From positions 42,296,464-42,360,463 of the forward strand of contig NC_043011.1 in the NCBI RefSeq assembly GCF_006345805.1: 64,000 nucleotides of DNA, given 5' to 3'. Below the pieces are notes generated by a model. The model saw only the letters and a program-made list of their open reading frames with translations, was not told where the DNA came from and searched no databases. The DNA comes from Octopus sinensis (lineage: Eukaryota). Position 1 is the stretch's first letter, and the number at the start of each line of letters is the position of its first letter. Shown here piece after piece: positions 36,345 to 50,159 of the stretch. Both the position numbers and the translations under genes were made by a program.

Positions 36345-38579
36345 CTATAGTAGTTATAACGATTGTAGTGGCGGTTTTTTTGACTATTTATTAAAATTTT
36401 ATGTATTGATTAAGTCTTTCCTTGTTTGTTTTGCAAAATAGTGGTTTTGTCTCTAATAATATTTTATATATATATATATATATATACTGTACTTGAGGAG
36501 ACCTATTGAGTCAAGTACATCAAAATCAAATGGAAATTGCAGTTGTGATCCCTGTGCCGGTGGCACGTAAAAAGCACCCACTACACTCGCGGAGTGGTTG
36601 GCGTTAGAAAGGGCATCCAGCTGTAGAAACACTGTCAGATCCGAGTGGAGCCTGGTGCAGCCTCCTTGCTTCCCAGACCCCAGTTGAGCCATCCAACCCA
36701 TGCCAGCATGGAAAATGTACGTTAAAATGATGACGATGATGACACACACACTCAAGCACACATGCATGTGTGTGCATGTTGATCTTGTAAATATATTTAC
36801 ATACATTGAGTAAACATATTTTAGTCACACTAGATCCTGTTACATTTCCTGACTAAATGTGCGTCTATTTAACATACCTAAATAAATTTATTTGCACCTA
36901 ATGTACACAAACATGTTAGTGTAACGCTTGACACACTTTTGCATTTTTAATCATTTTCCGATAAACTCTCCTCTAGCTGTTGACATTTGTTTATAAAAGC
37001 TATATTTTGCCATTAATTAACCAGCAGAGGGCGTGGAGTTTGCAGACACACCCACAGCCTCCTTTTAGGACAAGGAGAAGGAGACAAATCCTTAATGAAC
37101 TGGGACGTTCAAAACCCTCAGGTGAGAATGAATTCAAAACCACACAGTTTTTTTAACTGATGAGACTCCTCCTCCTCCTCCTCCTCCTTTTCCTGGCTTT
37201 GTCAACAACATTAGAGATGTTGTGAGAAGTGGAGGGGTGGGGGAGGGAAATATTGATGGCATTTCTTTTTACCTTAGTCTGTGATGTGTAATAACTCGTC
37301 GATATTTTCACAGATATGTTATTGCATCGTTACAAAAACAAAACTAAACAGCCATTGATTTGACAATTAATTTCATTCATTTTGAATTCATTGATTTACT
37401 TAACTCTTGGTTTTGATCACTCATCATCATCATCATCATCATTTAACACCCGCTTTCCATGCTAGCATGGGTTGGACGATTTGACTGAGGTGATTAATAT
37501 TAATTTCTTTATTGCCCACCATGGGCTAAACATAGAACGGACAAACAGACACACAAAGGGATTAAGTCAATTACATGGACTCCAGTGAGAAACTGGTACT
37601 TATTTAATTGACCTGAAAAGGATGAAAGACAAAGTCAACCTTGGCGGAATTTGAACTCAGAACGTAAAGGGCAGATGAAATACCGCTTAGTATTTTGCCC
37701 GGTGTGCTAATGATTCTGCCAGCTTGCCACTGAGGTGATTAATATTATGTGGTTAAAATACATTAGGGAGGCACCCCACCAGAGGAGTTTCGAACATTAG
37801 AAAGGAAGAAAAATAAAATGAAGATGAGGCAAACCATATAAACATACATACAAACACACTAATATAAAAGATGCATGCATATATATAATTCAGTTTTCAT
37901 CACAACTGACGAATAAGAATGTGAAACTAAGTAATAATTCTGTGCTAATTTTGTAGCTTTAATAAAAAGTATATTACTCTACTTTTGGTATTTGAGTACT
38001 ATTTTTTCCACTTTGTTTTGTACCTATGTGCTCAACTGTATGTATGCATTGTGTGTGTACCATTGGCAATTTTTTTTTTCCTCTGTCTTCCCTTCTCTGG
38101 ATCTTTCCTTCTCCTATGTTTCCGCCGAAGAGCTCTGCTCGAAACGTTAAACCCTCCTTCTTTCCTGAGCATCCAATAATACTATATTTGTTCCACGTCC
38201 TCGCGTTGTTGTGTTTTTTTGTGCTTTCATGTTTGAATTAACTATATATCTATATATATATTTATGCAGGAGACTGACTGGGAAAGCAATGCCTGTCACT
38301 GCCACAGATGGAGGAAGCATGCTCAGGATGGGATCTCCACCTTTGAAAGAGCACGTATTCTTCATGAAGAACTTAAACATGCTGCTCAAAAGCACACTAC
38401 TAGGATGGTGAATGGAGAAAGCTTGGTTTGCAATGTTTGTGGTTGTGTATGCTTGTCAAGAGCAAGGCTCATTAGCCAACAACGGAGCCGCAAATGCAAA
38501 ATATAAGTTAGTCCTAGAGCGCACAATGTCCTTCAAAGCCTTTCTCGGTCATGAGTGGACGGCCATCATATACAAACAT

Positions 38580-38640
<61 letters not shown>

Positions 38641-38809
38641 TATATAAACACACACACACACACATATATATATAAACACACATACACATATATATATAAA
38701 TGCACATATATATGTGCATATATATACATATATATATATAAACATACATATATACACATACACACACACACGTATATACATATACATGCATATATACATA
38801 CACACACAT

Positions 38810-40060
38810 ATCATCATCATCATCATCATCATTTAACGTCCGCTTTCCATGCTAGCATGGGTTGGACGGTTCAACTGGGGTCTGGGGAGCCCGAAAGCTG
38901 CACCAGTCCAGTCAGATCTGGCAGTGTTTCTACAGCTGGATGCCCTTCCTAACGCCAACCACTCCGAGAGTGTAGTGGGTGATTTTATGTGCCACCGACA
39001 CAGGTGCCAGACGAGGCTGACAAACGGCCACGCTCGGATGGTGTTTTTTATGTGCCACCGACACAGGTGCCAGACGAGGCTGGCAGACGGCCACGCTCGG
39101 ATGGTGTTTTTATGTGCCACCGACACAGGTGCCAGACGAGGCTGGCAGACGGCCACGCTCGGATGGTGTTTTTATGTGCCACCGACACAGGTGCCAGATG
39201 AGGCTGGCAAACGGCCACGATCGGATGGTGCTTGTTACGTGCCCACAGCACGGAGGCCAGTCAATGCGGTACTGGCTACGGCCACGTTCGGATGGTTTTC
39301 TTATGTGCCACGTGCCACCGGCACTGGTACCACAAAGATACAAATTCCATTGATGTTCATCTATTTTGATTTGTTTTGATTTGATTTTCACTTGCCTCAA
39401 CAGGTCTTCACAAGTGTCACAAGAAGGAGGTATGCACAGGTGGACTGACTACGTCCCAGGTAGGGGCCATGGGTTATGGCCTGACTAGTCTTGCCGGGTC
39501 TTCGGATGGTGTTTTTATGTGTCACCGACACAGGTGCTAGATGAGGCTGGTGAACGGCCACGATCGGATGGTGTTTGTCATGTGCCCACCGCACTGACTA
39601 CGGCACTGATGGATTTCTTGTGTGCCACAGGCACTGGTACCACAAGATACAAATTCCATTGATGTTCATCTATTTTGTCTATTTTGATTTGATTTGATTT
39701 GATTTTCACTTGCCTCAACCGGTCTTCACAAGTGTCACAAGAAGGAAGGAAGGTATGCACAGGTGGGCTGACTAGTCTTGCCGGGTCTTCGGAAGGTGTT
39801 TTTATGTGCCACCGACACAGGTGCCAGATGAGGCTGGCGAACGGCCATGATCGGATGGTGTTTGTTACGTGCCCACAGCACGGAGGCCGGTCGATGCGGA
39901 ACTGGCTACGGCCACGTTCGGATGGTTCTCATGTGTGCCACCGGCACTGGTACCACAAAGATACAGATTCCATTGATGTTCATCTATTTTGATTTGTTTT
40001 GATTTGATTTTCACTTGCCTCAACAGGTCTTCACAAGTGTCACAAGAAGGAAGGTATGCA
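38810..40060 (-). mobile_element. RTE 3' UTR with internal about 61-bp minisatellite and larger about 290-bp block duplications
   Basis: (CAT)n tail at 38812-38831; repeated atggtgtttttatgtgccaccgacacaggtgccagacgaggctgg units; repeated cacaagtgtcacaagaagg blocks at about 39410, 39730 and 40030. Confidence 0.9.
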
Positions 40061-40371
40061 CATAAACATACATATATACACATATATATACACACACACA
40101 TATATACATATACACACTCATAAATATACATACATATATACATACACACATATATACATATACACATGTATACACACACGCACATATATACATATATATA
40201 CACACACATATATACATATACGCATACATAAATATACATACACATACATATATGTATACACACACACACACACACATATATATATACATACATACATACA
40301 CACATATATATATACACACACATATACATATATATAGACACATATATATATATATGCACACACACACATCA

Positions 40372-42412
40372 TCTTCATTTAACGTCTGCTTTCCATGCTA
40401 GCATGGGTTGGACGATTTGACTGAGGTCTGGCGAACCAGATGGCTGCATCAGACTCCAATCTGATCTGGCAGAGTTTCTACAGCTGGATGCCTTTCCTAA
40501 TGCCAAACACTCTGAGAGTGTGGTAGGTGCTTTTACATGCCACCGGTACAAGGGCCAGCCAGGCGGTACTGGCAACGGTCGTGCTCAAATGGTGATTTTT
40601 ATGTGCCTCCTGCACAGGAGCCAGTCCAGCGGCACTGGTAACGACCTCGCTTGAATGCTTTTTTTCACGTACCTCCAGCACAAGTGCCAGTAAGGCGATG
40701 CAGGTAACGATCACACTTGAATCATGCTTTTTACATGTCACTGGCACAGAAGCCAGTTTGCCGCTCTGGCAATGATCACGCTCGGATGGTGCTCTTAGAT
40801 CTCCACTAGCACGGATGTCAGTCATAAAATTTGATTTTGATTTCACTTGCCTCAACAGGTCTTCGTAAGCAGAGTTTAGTGTCCAATGAAGGAAAGGTAT
40901 GCATAAGTGGGCTAGTTACACTGCTGGTATAAACCACGGGTTATGGTCTCACTTGGCTTGCAGGGTCTTATCAAGCACAGCATATTTCCAAAGGTCTTGG
41001 TCACTAGTCACTGCCTTGGTAAGGCCTAATATTCAAAGGTCGTGCTTCAACAATCATCCCAGGTCTTCTTGGGTCTACCTTTCCCACAGGTTCCCTCAAC
41101 CACTAGGGTGTGGCACTTTTTCACACAGCTATCCTCATCTATTCTTACCACATGACCATACCAGTGCAGTTGTCTCTCTTCCACACCACATCTCATACTT
41201 CTTAGGTCCAACTTTTCTCTCAAGGTACTTACAATCTGTCAAGTATGCACACTGACATTACACATCCATTGGAGCATACTGGCTTCATTCCTTGCAAGCT
41301 TACGCATGTCTTCTGCAGTCACAGCCCATGTTTCACTGCCATGTAGCATGGCTGTTCGTACACATGCATCATACAGTCTACCTTTTACTCTGAGCAAGAG
41401 GCCCTTTGTTACCAGCAGAGGTAAGAGCTCTCTGAACTTTGCCCAGGCTATTCTTATTCTAGCAGCTACACTTTCAGTGCACCCTCTCCCGCTACTGTCT
41501 TGGTCACCGAGGTAACAGAAGCTATCAACTACTTCTAGTTGATAGCTGGAATGTAGCAAAAGTTGTTCTCTGCACATTTTCAGTACTTATTGCGCCTGAG
41601 CATCTGCCACATACAAAAACTATCCTCCCAGATATTGCTACACCTCTTATGTATCCATAGCTTCCACTGGGTACATCTTATAGAGTTTCTACTTGTGCCT
41701 TTTCTACAGGTCAAGCAGGGCCATCTACCTGAATGCATTTGTGGTTTGTCTGCCTTCCTACTTATTAGGACTTTGGTTTTAGCTAGGTTGACTCTAAGGC
41801 CCTTTGATTCTAATCATTGTTTCCACACTTGAAACTTCTCTAGTTTTGAGAGTGAATTAGCAATTAGAGTAAGGTCGTCAGCATAGAGGAGCTCCCAGGG
41901 GCATCCTGTCTTGAATTCCTCTGTTATTGCCTGGAGGACTATGATAAATAGGAGGGGGCTGAGGACTGAGCCTTGGTGGACCCCTACCTCTACCTGGAAT
42001 TCTTCACTGTACTCGTTGCCAACCCTCACCTTACTGACAGCGTACCTGTACATGGCTTGCGCAGTTCTCACTAACCATTTATCTTTCCTTAGTTTCCTCA
42101 TTGACCACCAGATAAGAGATCAGGGGACCCTGTCAAAGGCTTTCTCCATATCAACAAAAGCCAGGTACACAGGTTTATCTTTGGCTCGATATTTTTCCTG
42201 CATCTGTCTTACCAGAAATATAGCATCAGTGGTGCTTTTCCCTGGCACAAACCCAAATTGCATCACATCTAAACTGACTCTCTCCCTAAGTAGTTGGGCT
42301 ATGACCCTCTCCGCAACCTTCATTACCCGATCAAACAACTTGATACCTCTGTAATTATTTGTATTTAAAGCGTCACCTTTACCTTTGTAGCAGTTGACTA
42401 TGGTGCTGCTAC
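40372..42412 (-). mobile_element. Decayed RTE LINE (RT region to 3' tail)
   Basis: QFGFVPGKSTTDAIF, AFVDMEKAFDRVP, VHQGSVLSPLLF, ELLYADDL, YLGDQ; frameshifted. Confidence 0.95.
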
Positions 42413-42427
42413 ATATACATACATACA

Positions 42428-43860
42428 TATCATTATCATCGTTTAACGTCCGTTTTCCATGGACGGTTCAAGTGGGGTCTGGGAAGCCAGGAGGCTGCAC
42501 TAGCTCAAATCTGATCTGGCAGTATTTCTACAGCTGGATGCAATTCCTAATGCCAACCACTCCGAGGGGGCTGGCAATGGCCACTATCGGTTGGTGCTTT
42601 TTACGAGCCATCAGCATGGAAGCCAGTCAAGGCAGTGCTGGCATCGGCCACCTTCGGATGGTGCTTTTTACGTACCACCGACACAGGTATCACAACTACA
42701 ATTTCCATTTGATTTTCACTTTGATGTTGATGTACTTGATTCAATAGGTCTCCTCAAGCACAGCAGGTTGCCTTGCAATCGAAGGTCCTTTTGAATGGGT
42801 TGGGGCTGGTTATGCGAAACTGGTGTAGGATACAGCCGTGAACTCACTTTATTTGCCGGGTCTTTGCAGTCACAGCATATCTCCAGAGGTCTCAGTCTTT
42901 TGTCATTGCCTCTGTGAGGCCCAATGTTCGAAGGCCATCCCATGTCTTCCTGGGTCTACCTATACCCTGGATTCCTGCAACTGTTTGGGAATGGCATCCA
43001 TCTGTTGTACATGGCAATACCAGCACAAACGTCTCTCTTCCATGACACATCTGATGCTTCTTATGTCCAGCATTTCTCTCAGGGCGCTTACACTCTGTCA
43101 TGTGTGCACACTAACATTACACATCCAGCAGATCATGCTAGCTTCATTTCTTTCGAGCCTATGCATGTCCTCTGCAGTCACGGCCCATGTTTCACTGCCA
43201 TGAAGCATAGCAGTTCGCACACACATATCGTACAATCTACCTTTCACTCTGAGCAAGAGGCCCTTTGTCACCAGTAGGGGTAGAAGCTTTCTAAACTTTG
43301 CCCAGGCTATTCTTATTCTAGTGGCAACACTCTTGGAGCATCCACCTCCACTACTAACTTGGTCACCTTGGTAGCAGAAGCTATCAACTACTTCTAGTTT
43401 CTTCCCCAGGAATGTAATGGAATGTTTTCTGAGCATCTGTGGTGTTTATTGCCCTGGTTCATCTGCTACACACGAAAGCTATCTTCCCAGTTAATGTACA
43501 CTGGGTACATATTATGGAGTTTCTACCTACACCTTTTCTACTGATCGAGCAGGGTCACCTACCTGTGTGGGTGTGTGATGTGTTCACCTTCCTACTTACT
43601 AGAATTTTGGTCTTTGCAGCATGATCCTAAGGCCCCTCGATTCTAAACCTTACTTCCACACCTGAAATTTCTTTAGTTCTGGTAGTGATTTTGCTATGAG
43701 GGCCAGGTCATCAGCATAGAGGAGCAACCCATCTTGAATTCCTCTGTTATTGCCAGGAGGATTATGATGAATAAAAGGGAACTGTGGACCCCTACTTCTA
43801 CCCGGAATTCTTCAGTATACTCATTTCCAATCCTAACCTTACTAAATGCCTCTCTGTATA
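42428..43860 (-). mobile_element. Second decayed RTE LINE 3' half
   Basis: EEFRVEVGVH, LEVVDSFCYQGDQ, GRPRKTW remnants; 3' UTR at 42428-42860. Confidence 0.9.
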
Positions 43861-44663
43861 GGGCCTGGGATCTTTTAAAAGTTTGTGGCACATTGAAAGC
43901 AGATCGAAACACAACATTTCCTGCATTCAACCCATCTATTTCGGAAAGAATTTTCTAGTTTTGTGCATAGATGACAGATGTGATTTGCCGGGCAACGCTC
44001 TATTTTCGGACAGCGACCAGTTTTGTTGCACAGCTCAGCCACGGATGATACCGTGGCAGTTTTGTTCTGTCTACCCATCCATACCGTAGTACAAAGGTAA
44101 ACAAAGCAAAAGAAGAAAAAAAATGGATGTGAAGATATAGCACACTTGTTAGGGAGATAAATAATATGTTTTATTTTTTGTTGTTATTGTTGTTAACTGT
44201 TTCCGCTTTCCTCATTGTATGTGGAATATTATTTGATAATATTCAACAGAGATAATTATAATTATTGCACTGAAAGAAGTCCATTGAACTTGTTTCAGTC
44301 ATTTGACTGTGGCCATGCTGTAGCACCACCTTTATTTGAACAAGCCGACCCCAGGACTTATTCTTTGTAAGCCTAGTACTTATTCTATCAGAGTCTTTTG
44401 CCGAACCGCTAAGTTACGGGGACATAGACACGCCAACATCGGTTGTCAAGTGATGTGGGAGGAGACAAACAGAGACACACGCATAATATATATACATATA
44501 TACGACGGGCTTCTTTCAGTTTCCGTCTACCAAATCCACTCACAAGGCTCTGGTTGGCTCGAAGCTACAGTAGAAGGCACTTACCCAGGATGCCACACAG
44601 TGGGACTGAACCTAGAACCATGTGGTTGGGAAGCAAGATTCTTACCACACAGCCACTCCTGCG

Positions 44664-44706
<43 letters not shown>

Positions 44707-47574
44707 GAGGTGTTTGAGTAAAGGAAAATACAGGAGGATCAGTAAATTATGATTTTATTCAACATATTCCCCTCTCAGATTCACACACTTATTGCAGCAG
44801 GTCTTCAGTTTTTCTAAGCTCTGTAAAAGAAGGTTGGACCTCCGGCTAGGCCTTTCACGATACCTTTAAAGTCAGAAACTTTTCAGCATCCCACATGTGT
44901 ATGTGTGTGTGTGCTTTCTTTTTGTTTTGGCATCAGATAATGCCTGTTAATGAGTCATACATGCAAAATATTGTTTGTTTCTAGTCTTCCATGAAAAAGA
45001 TCTCCAGCAGGTGAGGGTGAGTGACAGGAAAGGCACCCAACCATAGAAAATTTGCCTCAACAAACTCCATTTGGCCCATGCAAACATAGAAAATGAAGTA
45101 CATATACATCACCATGGGATCAAAGAACTGACAGAAAAGTGGCTTCAGACAGTGCAACAAGATGGCCTCTACTTTGAACACTTGGCTGCCTTTGTTGTGC
45201 CTTTATGAATAAAGCAAATAAGTTACCAAAACTTTTGACTGAACACTATATATATATACCCGCTGTTCTTGAGGAGACCTATTGAGTCAAGTACATCAAC
45301 ATCAAAATAAAAATTCAAATGGAAATTGTAGTTAAGACACCTGTGTCGGTGACAATGTAAAAAGCACCGTCCGAACGTGGCAAATGAAAGCGCCACCTGA
45401 CTGGCGTCTGTGTCGATGACACGTAAAAGCACCAACCGATCGTGGCCGTTTGCCAGCCTGCTCTGGCCCCTGTGCCGGTGGCACGTAAAAAAACACCCAC
45501 TACACTCACGGAGTGGTTGGCATTAGGAAGGGCATCAAGCTGTAGAAACACTGCCAAATCTGACTAGAGCCTGGTGCAGCCTAATGGCTCCCCAGACCCC
45601 AGTAGAACTGTCCAACCCATGCTAGCATGGAAAGTGGATGTTAAATGATGATGATACATACATACACAAACATACGTGTACATACAGTGATTGGTTTCTC
45701 GATAGACTTGGCAGGCTGAAACTGAAGGTCACAATATCTAAGAAGCCTCTAACGAAGGTGTATATCAATGTCCACAATGTCACTGTCCCCACCTACATAT
45801 TCTCTCGTAATACACTGTAGTCTCCAAACATTTTCCCTGCCCTCCATTTCAGAATAATATTGATTTAAGCCAATAAAATGGCACTAGCATTGATTTTTGT
45901 ATTGATCTTACACTTCTAGGAAAACAGTAAGATCAATATTTTGAAAAAACAGCCGTGCAAGTAGCAGGAGATTACTGTATCTATTTTCTGATTATCGTCA
46001 GATTAAAAGATTTTAAGATGGTGCTTGTAGAATGGTGAAAAGTCAAGACGAATCTGTGTTTTCTTGTATCAGCCATGGACGGAAACAAGTGCCAGCAGTG
46101 AAGCAGAGACATTGATACTAATACAGGGAAGCCAGTCTGGTGGAGATACCCAGTGCCATCCACTAGTTTCCAACCAGAAGAACAACCTCTCAGAAACGGA
46201 AACAGAATTACAGGATGTGGAACATCATCATCATCATCATCATCGTTTAACGTCCGTTCTCCATGCTAGCATAGGTTGGACGGTTCGACCGGGGATCTGG
46301 GAAGCCAGAAGGCTGCACCAGGCTCCGGTCTTATCTGGCAATGTTTCTACAGCTGGATGCCCTTCCTAACGCCAACCACTCCGTGAGTGTAGTGGGTGCT
46401 TTTTACGTGCCACCTGCACTGGTGCCAGGCGAGGCTGGCATCGGCCACGGTCGGATTGGTGCATTTTACGTGCCACCTGCACGGAAGCCAGTCGAGGCGG
46501 CACTGGCTTCGGCCACGATTCGGATGGTGCTTTTTACGTGCCACCAACACGGAAGCCAGTCGAGGCGGCGCTGGCATCGGCCACGATTCGGATAGAGCAA
46601 TGAACTGATTATGAAGTGGCAACCATGATGGCTCAAACTGAAAATATAGAATTGAAAAGTCACTTACCAGATGTGGAGAGATTTAAAGAACCATGAGAAG
46701 ATATCATAGGTCATCAGAATTTCCATTTCACAATAGGTATGATAGGCCAAGTCCAAAGTATTCCTTGTACAGCTCAGCCGATGCTAAATACAGACTTACC
46801 TTAACAGATGTTAGTTTGCCAATGGGATTATTACATCATAAAGTACCTTATTGAATAGAGAAGAACCCCCTCTTGTGTTTGTCATTGTTGTGGTTTATCT
46901 TTAAATTCCAAGTGAATGCATGAAAAGTATGCCAGGTTTTGCATAAAAGCTCTATTAGTCAACAAAATTCAATGGGGAACCACACAGACAAATGGTTTGT
47001 TTATTTCTCTTTCATAAACTACGGGCATTCAAGGACAACAGTTTGTATCTGGATTTCAGATGGCAATGATATACAGGAGATGGTTGATTGTTCTTGTTTA
47101 GTTACCCATGATTTTTGCATTGCCAGTTATTGTGGGTGCAGTTTGCTCAGACCAACTGATATCCCTTATCCATGACTCACCAGACTTGATGAATTTCCAT
47201 ATTTGCCCTTCATCGCGTAGGTTTATTGTTTTGTTTGTAAATTCTTTCCTAACTTTGCATCTTCTGCTTCAGTTATAGATTCTGAAGGGTTTTGATGACA
47301 GTTGAAATTTATGCCCTATCTAAATTCATGGAAACTCAGGAAAACACAGGAATGTCATGTTGAGCAAGCTAACAAAGGAGGGAGGGCAAATGTTGACTTC
47401 AAAGCTAGAGAAACCTATAAAAACAAAACAGGGGCAGCGATGGCATTCATAAAGAGACTTATTGTTAGAATATGCAGTCTTGAAGAACATGGCTTAATCT
47501 TTTAAAACTAGCAGCAAAATTTGATTGATTTTTTTTTTCTGGCTCATAAGAATCAATATGGAAATTATAGTTTG

Positions 47575-48200
47575 TTAGTTAGTTAATTTTTTGGCTCAAA
47601 AAGCAAAAAGCAAGGCCATGTAGGGGGACATGGAGTTATGTACAGGGTGGTGTTCATGTAAAGAGTTCAGGCCACTTGAGGTCAAGGGAGACTTTGAACT
47701 GAGCGGTCATCGGCATCTTCACCATCTCGTCTGGCAGCTTATTCCACAGATCCGCAACCCAGACAGAGAAAGCCCCTCTCCTTCGATTGAGATGAAATGG
47801 TTGCAGATAGAGCTTTTCGGAATGACCCCACAGCTGACGCTCTGGAGCAGGAGTGAAGAACAGCTCTTTCGAGAGGTTACACTTTCCGCTTATGATGTTG
47901 TGAGCAAGAATGAGACCTCCACAGCGTTGTCGTTTTTCTAGAGAATAAAGGTCGAGCGTCTTCAGCCTTTCTTCATAAGACAAATTCTTGAGACCAAGAA
48001 CCATGCGGGTAGCCAGCTTCTGGACTTCATCGAGATGCTGTATGTCTTTGAGGAGATAAGGAGAAGAGGCTTGAATCCCGTACTCCAATATGGATCTCAC
48101 CAGCGTGACATAGAGCGGTAGGAATAGGCTGCTGTGAGCATTCCGAATGACTGTCAAATCAAGAACAGAATTCCGCGTGCTTTGTTGGCAGCATGATCAC
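47575..48200 (-). mobile_element. CR1-clade LINE 3' fragment
   Basis: LYVTLVRSILEY, QKLATRMV.GLKNLSYEERLKTLDLYSLEKR, RRGAFSVWVADLWNKLP. Confidence 0.93.
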
Positions 48201-49469
48201 ACTGATCAACCCTTGACCAAAAATGTTAACAATGCAACTTTTGCAGACATGAAGAACGCTGGACATTTCAGCTGATCAATAGATTCCATACTTGATATTT
48301 CACATATTGATAAGTTGTCTTCAACTATTAGGAAATATCTGAAAATGGTTTACCAAATTTACAGTGATGTTGCACAAATGGTTTTCTTTCTTGCTAATCT
48401 GACATCAGAAAGAGATTCAGCAAGTTGTTGAAGTTTTGATAGAATCCAGATGTTGACCTGAAAATTACTCCTGAATGTTTGTGCGGTCCTTTGTACAAAA
48501 GGCAAAGCCAAACACTGACAGCACAGCAATCTCTGCCTCAAACATATCTTTATCAAATTACATACAAGGTAGAGCAACAACAAAAAAAAAAATATCAGAT
48601 GGCTCTCCATAATGTGGAAGCATTCATGTGACTAATTCTTAGTTTAATTGTCACTGTTTGGGAGAGAGGTCTTTTCCATGAGTCAAAAATGAATTTGAGG
48701 CCACAATGTTTCACAAGGAGTGTTCTGCACAGTAAAAGACGAATTCTGATGGACTTTTGAATCATCTTTCTATGAAGAAAATCAAAGAAAAAAAAAAAAC
48801 AAGAACAAAACTTTTAGTTTTTTATTGTAGTTTATTTTAAAACCATTTAACAACACATAACAGGACCTCAAAGTATCATACTGTCAATGTCAGTTTGTTG
48901 TGACCATCCTACTGACATTGTCCACAAAATAAAATGTATCTGCACAAGAGTTCTTTAAAGAATATAACAGGAAAATTTTTAAAAAGTATTTTCTTAAAAA
49001 TTCCTGCTTTATTCCACAAAGTTTTTACAGAGTTTAGTTGTTGCGAAAGATTTACAAAATTCATTTCAACATTCAGTTGTTCCAATCACCCTTGCAAACA
49101 CACCAGTATTTACACATTTTATGCCATTCAGAGGACAAATTGTCAAGTGTTGAATTTTACCCACCCTTGATCATTGGCTTTATTCAGTTTTAAGATAATC
49201 TTCCATATTTTTTGTAGTAGATAATACAATATGAATGTATCGACCAGTATCAGCAGCTGCAAGCAGATTTACTAAAGAAAACATGAATTCTTATCGTAAA
49301 TGTTTTCTTTCTCTTTCTCACTAAAAAAAAAAAAAAGAAAAACTTCCCTTTTCTCCTTCCCATCTATGAAACTCATCACTGAAGATGACTGCTTAGAAAG
49401 AAAAAAAACCCTCAAAAAACAACAAAAACTTGGTTTCATTCCTGCCCCTACCCCAAACTTTTCCCTTGT

Positions 49470-49750
49470 TAAGGAGAGCAGTCTGTGCAAATGTGGAAAA
49501 GCTGGAACAATGAGACACATACTCTCCAAGTGGCCACTAGGTGTGGAGGGCAGTGATACAGGGTGTCATAACCAATCACTCAGAGTACAGATTGATGCAG
49601 TGGCAGAGAGCATAAAGTGACTGAACAATGGCAAAAGGCCACAAGAAGAGGTGTATAAGAAGAAGTTTTGCAGAGAAAGTGAACAGTGCAAGCCAGCCAC
49701 CATAAGACAGAAGAATGCTACAAAATAGGATGGGTGTTTGGAGGCCCTAT
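49470..49750 (+). mobile_element. Possible remnant of an RLE-type (HERO/NeSL-like) non-LTR element C-terminus
   Basis: LCKCGKAGTMRHILSK...CHNQSLR resembles the C..C...T..HIL..C...HNQVL zinc-finger region; short and degenerate. Confidence 0.4.
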
Positions 49751-50159
49751 TCACATTCAGAGTGAATATTACTTCTGTAGCGAACTCTCTCTCTCATATA
49801 TACATGAGTACGGACGCAGTAGATAACACCTAGCCTTCGGCTACCCTTTTGCGTCTACTACTCTGATTGGTTGGTATTGGCACACATTTTTCTGTTGCTG
49901 TTACACGCCAATGTGCAACCGAACCAATTGTAGCCTTCTGATAAGGTCACGTGAGACAGTCTCTTCCGAATATTCTGGTGAGCTGATAGTATGGTATAAG
50001 ATGGTAGCTTCAACATCGAGTCGATGTCTTTCGGTTCCAGACTTTGTTTACGTGAGTTAATGCTGCAATTTTTATTGAATTGCTAATTGACTTGTTGCCA
50101 CTGTTGTTCAAATTGTTACCATTGTTGATAATTTAACTGTTGTTTTGCTTCCCATTGTG

